From contig CAWCXJ010000011.1 in assembly GCA_963799485.1 (NCBI GenBank), positions 1-19,185 on the forward strand: 19,185 bases of DNA, in the 5' to 3' direction. A model generated the notes under the pieces. That model ran no database searches. It had not been told where the DNA came from and saw only the letters and a program-made list of their open reading frames with translations. Made by a program: the position numbers and the translations under genes. Source of the DNA: an uncultured Trueperaceae bacterium. Its GTDB lineage: Bacteria; Deinococcota; Deinococci; Deinococcales; Trueperaceae. Below, piece by piece: positions 11,194 to 18,569 of this stretch (position 1 is its first letter; the number at the start of each line of letters is the position of its first letter).

Positions 11194-11221
11194 TTGGCAG
11201 AGCGCCAAAAGTCTTTACAAT
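11194..11221 (+). promoter_or_regulatory. sigma70-type promoter for a leaderless transcript
   Basis: TTGGCA (11194-11199), 16 bp, TACAAT (11216-11221), with ATG 6 nt downstream. Confidence 0.6.
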
Positions 11222-11227
11222 AGAGCT

Positions 11228-11491
11228 ATGTCTAAAACCACCAAGCAACGCAAAGTCGATGCCAAGGCGCTCGCCGAAGCGCGGCGTCTGACTCCCGGCA
11301 AGGTGCTCCGGCTTGTCCTCAAAAGTTTGGGTTTTGCTGTTATCGTCTCGCTGCTCGTGGCCCTGCTGAGCGCGCTCGGTATTCCGGTGCTCGAGAGTTT
11401 CTGGTTGCAGCTCGTGGTGATGCTCGTCGTTTATATTGCCGCCTATCCTTTTTTGATGCGCGAGTTTCGTCCCAAACGTAACGGGCGCTGA
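11228..11491 (+). CDS. Small two-TM membrane protein (87 aa)
   Basis: Basic N-terminus and two hydrophobic helices (LGFAVIVSLLVALLSALGI; FWLQLVVMLVVYIAAYPFL). It ends 9 bp before the kinase. Confidence 0.8.
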   Translation: MSKTTKQRKVDAKALAEARRLTPGKVLRLVLKSLGFAVIVSLLVALLSALGIPVLESFWLQLVVMLVVYIAAYPFLMREFRPKRNGR

Positions 11492-11500
11492 GTTTATCGC

Positions 11501-13315
11501 GTGGCGCTGACCCGGCGTGCTCCTCACCCGCCTGTGAAGTCGGAACCGCAAGCAGGCACGCTCCCCCGGAGTTTGTACCAGCAGCTGCGCTGGGCGCGGC
11601 TCTGGTTGCCGGTCGCTATCGTCGGGGTCGTGTTGCTGCAACAGCTTACGGTCGGCTGGGGCTGGGTCAACGTCTTGTTTTACGGCACGTTGGGCCCGGC
11701 GGTAACGTTTCTGACACTCAACTGGATCGCCTCGGAGGTGCGCCGCCGCGAACAGGCGCAGGGTGAACTGCGCGGGCTTTACGACGCGCTCAGTCGTTCG
11801 CACGCGCTCCTGGGACAGATTCAGCGTGTCACCGAGCGGTTTGCGCTCTCGCCCGACCTCAACGCGGTGCTGGTCGTTGCCGCCGAAGGGCTCACGAACG
11901 TGACCGGAGCTGAGGGTACGGCAATTCTTTTGGGTGAACGCGGACTGAGAATCAGCCATACGCACGGACTAGATGTAGACGCGGAGCGCGTCGTTGCCGC
12001 GCGTCACGACGCGCTCCGCCGGGGCGAAAAATTGACCGGGCAGGTAGGGGAGCGCTGGGCGCTGTCGTTTTCGCTCTACTGGGGGGGGAAGCTCGAGGGC
12101 AGCGTCCACAGTTTTTTTACCGCACCCCCCGAACCCGAAGCGCGTGAGAGCTTTGCGATTTTGGCCAACGAGTTTTCCGCCGCCGCCGAAGCGAGCCGGA
12201 GCCGCACGAAAGACCTGCTTACGCTGTTCGAGGCCGACCGCAGCATCCGCGCTGAAGGGAACCTGGAGCGGCTGTTAGAAAAACTCCTTACCCAGATGAT
12301 GCAGCGCGCCGACGCCTGTATCGGCGGCGTCTATTTGGCCGACGAAGACGGGCTCCTACAACTCCGCGCTGCCCGCGGCGTCGGTGAACCTGCCCTGCAC
12401 CTCGGAGAAAACTTCGTCGGTCAGGCTGCTACCGAACCGCAGGTCGTTCACCGTTTGAGCGCCGCCGAGCAGCAGGGGCCGATTCTCGTCTCGGCGCAGA
12501 GTACGGTGACTCTCCCGCTCCTGAGCGAAGAAGGGCTTTTAGGTGTCGTCGTGCTGGGGCATCCGGAAGCTGCCCACTTTAGCGAAACGAACCTGCCGTT
12601 TCTAAACCTGCTCGCCGGTCAGGTCACTCTGGCGGTTCGGAACGCCCGCGCCTACTTGCAATCCGAAGAGCTGGCTATCGCCGAAGAGCGCGCCCGCATC
12701 GCCCGTGAAATCCACGACGGGGTAGCGCAGGCGCTCGCTTTCAGCGCGCTTAAACTCGATTTGGTGGCGCGGCTCATTACGGGCGCTGGGTCGCAAACCG
12801 GGCCTCAAACCGACAAAGCGACCGCCGAACTGCGTACCGCCCAAGCGACTATCCGTGAGAGTATCCGCGAGGTGCGACGCTCGATTTTTGCGCTGAGACC
12901 GATTGACTTGGAGCGTCACGGGTTCGTCGAGACCATCCGGCGCTACTGTGCGGATTTTGAAGAGCAAAACGACCTCAGCGTCGGGTTGACCGTAAACGGC
13001 GCGCCGCAACTTAGTGCCAAATCCGAAGCGGTACTCTTTCGCATCTTTCAAGAGTCGATGAACAACATCGCCAAACACGCACACGCCCGTTACGTCTTCG
13101 TCACCGTCGGGCAGACGCGCGGGTCATGCGGCTACGTCGAAGTGCGCGATGATGGTCGGGGTTTCGACCCGACGATGGTCTCGGACAGGGTGACGAGTGC
13201 CGGCGGTCTCGGGCTCAAGCAGATGCGCGAACGGGTGCAGGCTCGCGGCGGACGGTTTGAAGCAGTGTCGGAACCTGCGGGCGGAACGAGGGTTTATGCG
13301 TCGGTACCGGAGTAG
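11501..13315 (+). CDS. Membrane GAF-domain sensor histidine kinase (HisKA_3, NarX/LiaS-like)
   Basis: Two TM helices, two GAF-like regions, EERARIAREIHDGVAQ, FQESMNNIAKHA, DDGRGF and GLGLKQMRER. Confidence 0.93.
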   Translation: MALTRRAPHPPVKSEPQAGTLPRSLYQQLRWARLWLPVAIVGVVLLQQLTVGWGWVNVLFYGTLGPAVTFLTLNWIASEVRRREQAQGELRGLYDALSRSHALLGQIQRVTERFALSPDLNAVLVVAAEGLTNVTGAEGTAILLGERGLRISHTHGLDVDAERVVAARHDALRRGEKLTGQVGERWALSFSLYWGGKLEGSVHSFFTAPPEPEARESFAILANEFSAAAEASRSRTKDLLTLFEADRSIRAEGNLERLLEKLLTQMMQRADACIGGVYLADEDGLLQLRAARGVGEPALHLGENFVGQAATEPQVVHRLSAAEQQGPILVSAQSTVTLPLLSEEGLLGVVVLGHPEAAHFSETNLPFLNLLAGQVTLAVRNARAYLQSEELAIAEERARIAREIHDGVAQALAFSALKLDLVARLITGAGSQTGPQTDKATAELRTAQATIRESIREVRRSIFALRPIDLERHGFVETIRRYCADFEEQNDLSVGLTVNGAPQLSAKSEAVLFRIFQESMNNIAKHAHARYVFVTVGQTRGSCGYVEVRDDGRGFDPTMVSDRVTSAGGLGLKQMRERVQARGGRFEAVSEPAGGTRVYASVPE

Positions 13316-13322
13316 ATGACAA

Positions 13323-13767
13323 GTGTTTAGTGCCGAGCTCGCCGGGTTTTTTATAAGGTTTACGCCGACAAAATACGTAGACGAGCCGCTTGCGTTTGCT
13401 GTCATGATTGCCAACTGTCAAGAAGGCTTTTTTCTGGTATAAACCGCTACCGGGGCTGGAAATACCCGGTGGACTTATCGATCCGGGTGAGACCGCGCAA
13501 GAGGCTGCTGTTTGTGAACTCTTTGAAGAAACAGGTCAGACAGCCGCGCGCGAATGTTTGTTGGGAAGGCTCGAGGTCGGCGAAAAATCGGGGACAAAGC
13601 GTACAGGGCTGCTTTACGGCCGTGAAGTGATCACCTTACGTCCATTTACAGCTAATGAGGAAATCGTTGAACTGGCGTTGTGGTGCGGTCAAAAAACTAT
13701 AGGCGTTGACTACACAAGTCAGGTTAGCGAGATAGACCGCCGCCTGGTGGCGCTCTACTCACGCTGA
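13323..13767 (+). pseudogene. Degenerate NUDIX hydrolase
   Basis: Frame from GTG 13323 gives ..PLAFAVMIANCQEGFFLV*. A second frame gives NRYRGW and a third gives EIPGGLIDPGETAQEAAVCELFEETG (conserved R replaced by C). Frameshifts lie around 13440-13460. Confidence 0.7.
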
Positions 13768-13959
13768 AGTCGAGACGGCTTGGTGGTAGGTTCGTTCTCG
13801 CGCTGCTAAAACGGCTAAAAGGCGGCAGACTGAATACTCCCGACGCCTCTCGCGCAGGACGTTCAACTTCAGCCGATAACGCCCACCGATTTTCCTCACC
13901 CTGCCTAGGCGCCGGGTACGCTCGAGGTCGATTCGGGGACGATGAAGCCACAAGTAACC

Positions 13960-13989
13960 TTGCCCTTCAAACAGTCTTTACGGTATACT
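13960..13989 (+). promoter_or_regulatory. Promoter of the tRNA cluster
   Basis: TTGCCC (13960-13965), 18 bp, TATACT (13984-13989). Confidence 0.6.
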
Positions 13990-14008
13990 CCGGAGTTGCA
14001 AGTGGTCT

Positions 14009-14085
14009 CGGGGCGTGGCGCAGTCTGGTAGCGCACCTGGTTTGGGACCAGGGGGTCGTTGGTTCGAATCCAGCCGCCCCGACCA
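14009..14085 (+). tRNA. tRNA-Pro(TGG)
   Basis: Acceptor CGGGGCG/CGCCCCG, anticodon arm CCTGG-TT TGG GA-CCAGG, GTTCGAATC and encoded CCA. Confidence 0.97.
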
Positions 14086-14153
14086 AAGCGCTAGGGGTAC
14101 CGCTTCCAAACTCGTAGGTATCGTTTGTGTTTCATAGATGATACCTATAGTTT

Positions 14154-14230
<77 letters not shown>

Positions 14231-14233
14231 TTT

Positions 14234-14260
14234 AAGCGTCGTCTTTAGACGACGCTTTCT
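14234..14260 (+). terminator. Hairpin or terminator after tRNA-Gly
   Basis: AAGCGTCGTCT-TT-AGACGACGCTT followed by TCT. Confidence 0.6.
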
Positions 14261-14329
14261 GAAATCCTTTAGTTACGGGCAAAGGGTCTCGGTGTTTTCG
14301 GATAGCGTTTATTGATAGATATCTGCCTT

Positions 14330-14406
14330 GCACCAGTAGCTCAGCCGGATAGAGCAGCCGCCTTCTAAGCGGTAGGCCGAGGGTTCGAGTCCTTCCTGGT
14401 GCGCCA
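14330..14406 (+). tRNA. tRNA-Arg(TCT); probable attB of the adjacent element
   Basis: Acceptor GCACCAG/CTGGTGC, anticodon arm GCCGC-CT TCT AA-GCGGT, GTTCGAGTC and CCA. Confidence 0.97.
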
Positions 14407-14428
14407 CAGAAAGGCCGTCCCAAACGGC

Positions 14429-14456
14429 AAAAAGCCCCTCGTCAAATACGAGGGGC
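14429..14456 (-). terminator. Rho-independent terminator of the integrase
   Basis: Minus strand GCCCCTCGT-ATTTG-ACGAGGGGC followed by TTTTT. Confidence 0.75.
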
Positions 14457-14491
14457 GTTCTCATGCACAAGCTTTTGCACCTTATTAGCAC

Positions 14492-15635
14492 CTACGGATT
14501 TTGTAAGAGTGCGCTTAAAGGCTTAACGGCGGTCTGCTTTTGCTTCTTGGTCAGGTGGTTGTACTGACGCCGGGTGAAGTTCGGGTCTTTATGCCCTACG
14601 CGGTTGCTGATAACCTGCAAATCGGTTCCGGCACGGTAGAGCATACTGACGTGGGTATGCCGGAGGTCGTGAAAGCGGATGTGGGGCACGCCTGCCTTAT
14701 CCATGAGGCGATACCAGATGCGGTCAAAGTTGCGCTGCGCTAGCGGCTTGCCCTCACGGGTCGTAAACATCAGGTCGTCAAACGGCGGCGGCGCTCCCCA
14801 AGTGTCACAGGCTAGCTGCTCGGTAGCCTGCTGTAAGCGGTGCTGCTCGAGTAGCTCCAAGGTCTCAGCGTCAACTAAGACATGCCGGGTTCCCGATTCA
14901 GTCTTAGGGGTGCTGATATTTTGACCTTTAACTGACACAAGGTTCTGGCAGATGTGAAGCGTGTCGTCTCCTAAGTCTTGCCAGCGCAACCCTAGCAGCT
15001 CACCGTGCCTTAGCCCGGTCGTCAGGGTGAGGTAGAAAGCAGCGTAGAGGCGGTGGTCTTTGGCGGCGGCTAGAAAGCGGTTAATCTCCGGTGCCGTCCA
15101 CTCTTTATAGACGGTTTGGGGCACCTTGTAAGGTTTGGTCGGCGTGACCGGGTTTCGGGGGATGAGGGCGTCGTGCACGGCCTGCCTGAAGGCGGTGTTC
15201 AGCACCTTACGCGCTTTGTTGGCGGCGTCGGGACTTACGGCATCTCTGACGGCAGCCAGGAGCGCCCGGACGTTGGCGGTCGTGACCCGCTCGAGCTTCA
15301 CGTGCCCTAAGTGCGGGATGATGTACAGGTCGATAATCTGCCGGTAGCCTGCGAGGGTTTTGGGTTTGACCTCATCCCCTTTAAGGTCTGTCCACTGCCC
15401 TAAGTAATCTGATAATTTAAGCGTGCTAGAGGTTTGGATGCCTGAAGCAAGGGACGTTTTAATCGCGTTCAGTTTCTTCAACGCTTCAGCCTGCGTCTTG
15501 CCTGACACCCACCTGAAGCGCTGTGTGCCGTCCTCTTTATAGCCGACCGTGACTTTGCCCCGCCAAGTCCCGTTCGGCAGTTCAAATACAAAGCCCTCAC
15601 CCTTCTCTTTTCGTGTTTTTACGGCGTCTTGGCAT
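14492..15635 (-). CDS. int: Tyrosine integrase (ICEBs1/Tn916-like), ~380 aa, with a +1 frameshift after codon 6
   Basis: Intact R-K-H-x-x-R-H-Y (GLRHGE, TPKT, HDLRH, VGH, RQY). The arm-binding N-terminus RKEKGEG..W..VTVG..SGKTQAEA lies upstream of 15508. ATG 15635 has an RBS but is out of frame by one base (T5 at 15616-15620). Confidence 0.9.
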
Positions 15636-15637
15636 TT

Positions 15638-15883
15638 TTAACCCTCTCTCTCCGCTGAAAGCTTGCTCAGGTCTGTGCCTTTGGGTACGGCTACCAGCTC
15701 GAGCCCTAGTTCGTCGAGCACCTTTTGCCAGCCCTCGTTGATCTTGCCCGACCTACCCGCTAGCAGCCGTGCCAAGTTCGTTTCGTGCATGTCAGTACGT
15801 CTAGCTAGCTCACGCTGAGTAAGCTTACGTGCTTTCATGCGGTCTTTGACGGTCTCCCGAATGTTGTCATTCATGCTGTCCAT
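15638..15883 (-). CDS. XRE-family HTH transcriptional regulator (81 aa)
   Basis: KLTQRELARRTDMHETNLARLLAG..WQKVLDELGLELVAVPK. ATG 15883 lies 7 nt after the -10 TAAGCT. Confidence 0.88.
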   Translation of the reverse strand: MDSMNDNIRETVKDRMKARKLTQRELARRTDMHETNLARLLAGRSGKINEGWQKVLDELGLELVAVPKGTDLSKLSAEREG

Positions 15884-15890
15884 ATTACGT

Positions 15891-15932
15891 AGCTTAGCAG
15901 GTATTGACAAGCTTGTCAATTTATGTCATACT
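15891..15932. promoter_or_regulatory. Overlapping divergent promoters with a central 18-bp palindromic operator
   Basis: ATTGACAAGCTTGTCAAT (15903-15920). Plus strand: TTGACA, 17 bp, CATACT (15927-15932). Minus strand: TTGACA, 17 bp, TAAGCT (15896-15891). Both have a TGn extension. Confidence 0.85.
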
Positions 15933-15999
15933 GTAGATGTCTAAGGGCTACGGCCTAGTAACTGAAGCCCTTAGAAATCCCGAAGTAGTTAGGATCAAG

Positions 16000-16209
16000 A
16001 TGAATCATATCACCCTCAACAAACGCCCCGGCGAATGCTACAAACCTCACGCCTTCAAGGTCTATGACGTAACCCGTAACGGTGAGATCGTCGGCACCGT
16101 TGCCCAAGACCTCTGGAACAAATGGGAAGTGGTAGACGCAAACTTTAACCGCGTCAGCCACCACACCACCATCAAAGCAGCGGTACGTGTCGCGTCGAGG
16201 GCTCTGTGA
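16000..16209 (+). CDS. Small hypothetical protein (69 aa)
   Basis: AGGA precedes ATG 16000 downstream of the promoter (alternative start 15937). The sequence is beta-rich and phage-like (KVYDVTRNGEIVGTV..WEVVD). Confidence 0.65.
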   Translation: MNHITLNKRPGECYKPHAFKVYDVTRNGEIVGTVAQDLWNKWEVVDANFNRVSHHTTIKAAVRVASRAL

Positions 16210-16349
16210 TGAGCCCCTTCTATTTCGTAGATATTGAGATGTACAACGACTGTAAAGAGGACTTGCAGACTCTGTACGCAGAACTGCCTGAAGAGGACAA
16301 GACAGACGATGAACCACCTCCGACCATTCAAGACGAGTTACCCGAATGA
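16209..16349 (+). CDS. Very acidic micro-protein (46 aa), missed by the ORF track
   Basis: TGATG coupling and a GAGG RBS. MSPFYFVDIEMYNDCKEDLQTLYAELPEEDKTDDEPPPTIQDELPE has 15 D/E versus 2 K. Confidence 0.6.
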   Translation: MSPFYFVDIEMYNDCKEDLQTLYAELPEEDKTDDEPPPTIQDELPE

Positions 16350-16577
16350 GATACCTTGGGAGAGGCGGCGTGATGCCGCTTCTCTCCCAACTACGACAGC
16401 CGCTAAGAATGGCTTAGAGGATGCCCATATCATCCTCTGTGGCGTGGTTGCAGCCCACTCTGAGGCTAAGCGAGCGTTCGGAGCGCTCCACTCAGGGAAG
16501 GATTATGTGCCATCAGTTGATCTCTCGGACTAGAACGAGGCGGGCAATCTGCAAAAGGTCGTATCGTTCAGCATCGC

Positions 16578-17915
16578 TTAGGCGGCTTTTACTAAAGTAG
16601 CTTGAAAGTAGACGCTCGAGGTCGGGCGTCTGGCCTCCCGGCACCGTAAACACGGTACTCCTTTGAACTCACCAGTATCGAAACGGCGGCGCAGCTCGAG
16701 TATTTCGGGCGGGTTCGTGTTCGCTTGCGTTGCACCGGTGACAGCGATGACAGGTAAGGGAGTTACGCTGTCCTGCACAGCGTTTGCACCTGTCATCGGA
16801 TCTGTTACTGCTTTTGTAAACCAATGACAGGTGTCACCGGGGTTGTCATCAGTCACCAACTTGTCATCGGAGGGTGGTGATGATTCTTTTTGCGTGCCAG
16901 AGGCCCTTTTTTGTCTACTGTCATCGCTGGCACTGGTGTTACTCATACGCACGTATAAGCCGCGTTCGGGTAACAGCACGAGGTTCTCCTGGAGCAGTTT
17001 CGACAGTAGGTTACGAACACTGCCGCGTGGGAGCCCCGTCCCTTCAGCTATCTGTTTAGGTGAGGCGGGTACTGAGTGCTGTGCGAGGTAGGCAAGGATG
17101 GTCTGACGCTCTTTTGTCAAGGCGTACACGTCTGCGTTACCCAAAAGTGACCACAGCCCTTTTGACGGGTCAAACTGAAGCGCGTGTGAGTTCTCTTCTA
17201 TATCGCGCCCGGTCACGTGCAAAACCGCGTCAGCTTCGCCGCGTTGACGGGTGAGGACAAGCACCGCGTCCGCTACGCCGGTTAAACCCGTCGAGCCCGA
17301 AACGGTGTCGAGAAAGTCCTCAGCTAGAGCTTTACGGACGTGATGCACCAACACGAGCGCTACGCTGTGCTTGGTTGCCAGTTCCTGAAGCTGAGCGCCT
17401 AGAATCGCGTCTTGTGAGTAGAGGTCAGCGCCCGGTTTCGTCGGCGGTCTCACCCTTGCGAGTGTATCGATCACCACTAGGCGACAGGCCGGGTGAGCGG
17501 TTAGCCAGGTGTCGAGCTGCTCGAGCCCCCCTTCGTGAAGTCGGGACATCGCGCCGCTCGTGGCAAGGTGCAACCCTGCCGGGACGGAATCCGTTATGAC
17601 CTCTAAACGACTCTGCAACCTGCGCTGATTATCCTCAAGCCCCAAGTAGAGGGCTTCACCTTTGTCTACCTGAATCTTGCCGAGGGCGCAGCCTCCGGTT
17701 GCTACGGCTACGGCGGTCGTGAGCATGAGCCAGCTCTTACCCAACTTCGGGCGGCTTGCGAGTAGGGTCAGACCTTCGACAAAGAAACCGCTGACGACTG
17801 CCGGGGGTTCGGGTAGGTTGAGCTGCATAAGCGCCGCGCCGGTGATGGTCGCGAGCCCGGAATGTCCGGGCTCATCATCAATGGGATAGGCGGGCAATGT
17901 ATTCGGCTTAGGCAT
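16578..17915 (-). CDS. AAA_25/RepA-type helicase with C-terminal winged helix (replication protein)
   Basis: Walker A ASRPKLGKS, YLGLED, Walker B LVVIDT, LVHHVRK, SGSTGLTGVAD, and wHTH SPKQIAEGTGLPRGSVRNLLSKL. Confidence 0.88.
   Translation of the reverse strand: MPKPNTLPAYPIDDEPGHSGLATITGAALMQLNLPEPPAVVSGFFVEGLTLLASRPKLGKSWLMLTTAVAVATGGCALGKIQVDKGEALYLGLEDNQRRLQSRLEVITDSVPAGLHLATSGAMSRLHEGGLEQLDTWLTAHPACRLVVIDTLARVRPPTKPGADLYSQDAILGAQLQELATKHSVALVLVHHVRKALAEDFLDTVSGSTGLTGVADAVLVLTRQRGEADAVLHVTGRDIEENSHALQFDPSKGLWSLLGNADVYALTKERQTILAYLAQHSVPASPKQIAEGTGLPRGSVRNLLSKLLQENLVLLPERGLYVRMSNTSASDDSRQKRASGTQKESSPPSDDKLVTDDNPGDTCHWFTKAVTDPMTGANAVQDSVTPLPVIAVTGATQANTNPPEILELRRRFDTGEFKGVPCLRCREARRPTSSVYFQATLVKAA
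16737..16925. repeat. TGTCAYC iteron-like repeats (putative origin) within the rep 3' region
   Basis: Forward copies at 16791, 16832, 16844, 16851 (AGTCACC), 16862 and 16919. Inverted copies at 16737, 16746 and 16823 (AATGACA). Confidence 0.7.
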
Positions 17916-18309
17916 CGTCTAGGGCTTCCAATATGCCGGGGGTTTCCAAGTAGCTAATGATGCGCTCTTTCGCCTTGCGGTCGCCTTTATAGGCGCGGTC
18001 AAGGTCGGCTAGCATCGCAGCAGCATTTGGCGGTCTAAACCGGCCCGACTCGAGCCCTAGTCTTAGACGCTGTACGTAGCTCGGTTTGCGGGTTCGAGGT
18101 TCGGGCCGGGCGCTGTCGCCCAAACCAGCGGCTTCCGTCGCGTCAGCCAACTCGCTATAGGTTTTAGCTAACCTACGATATTCCTGCACCTGCCGCTCGC
18201 GCTTCGTGAGAGGCCTAGCTGACCGCGCTCGCAGGTACGAATATGCAACGTTTGCCCCAGCGTAGCCCACGCTGCCCTCTGCCCCGGTTGCCTGCCGGGG
18301 CGTTTCCAT
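17908..18309 (-). CDS. Hypothetical protein (133 aa)
   Basis: TAATG coupling to xis and a GGAGGT RBS. Its 3' end overlaps the rep start. Confidence 0.75.
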   Translation of the reverse strand: METPRQATGAEGSVGYAGANVAYSYLRARSARPLTKRERQVQEYRRLAKTYSELADATEAAGLGDSARPEPRTRKPSYVQRLRLGLESGRFRPPNAAAMLADLDRAYKGDRKAKERIISYLETPGILEALDDA

Positions 18310-18515
18310 TATGCCACCTCCTCTCCGGCGTCTCCGCCCTCGAGCCACCGCTGCAATGCCGTGCGAGTGATGAGCACTCTGCGACCTGCACGGCGATGGG
18401 GAACGTACGGAAGAACCTCCTTAACGAATGTCGGGCGGGACACGCCCGCGTACTTCGCCGCCTCTTTAAGACCGCGGAACACCTCGTTGTCGTCTGGCTG
18501 CTTCGGTTTAGCCAT
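18309..18515 (-). CDS. Excisionase-family HTH_17 DNA-binding protein (68 aa)
   Basis: GLKEAAKYAGVSRPTF..VPHRRAGRRVLITRTALQRWL with a GGAGGT RBS. Confidence 0.88.
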   Translation of the reverse strand: MAKPKQPDDNEVFRGLKEAAKYAGVSRPTFVKEVLPYVPHRRAGRRVLITRTALQRWLEGGDAGEEVA

Positions 18516-18569
18516 CGTTGACCTCCATATCCCACGATATAGCGGACGGTTTGAGGGTAAGATCCGTCC

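Noticed and set aside
11159..11965. 268-aa minus-strand ORF
   Set aside because: It is a shadow of the membrane protein and kinase genes.
12788..12811. 12-bp imperfect tandem duplication in the kinase (GSQT-GPQT), with a similar 9-bp one in the esterase near 10431-10449
   Set aside because: These are ordinary slippage duplications in loops and are not palindromic like the transposase inserts.
13724..13953. Two short minus-strand ORFs before the tRNA promoter
   Set aside because: No RBS, motif or clear coding signal distinguishes either.
15921..15937. Possible RDRM at TTATGTCATACTGTAGA in the element promoter
   Set aside because: Only the left half-site matches.
16737..16925. CRISPR array interpretation of the repeats
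   Set aside because: The repeats are 7 bp, irregularly spaced and in both orientations. No CRISPR array is seen in the window.
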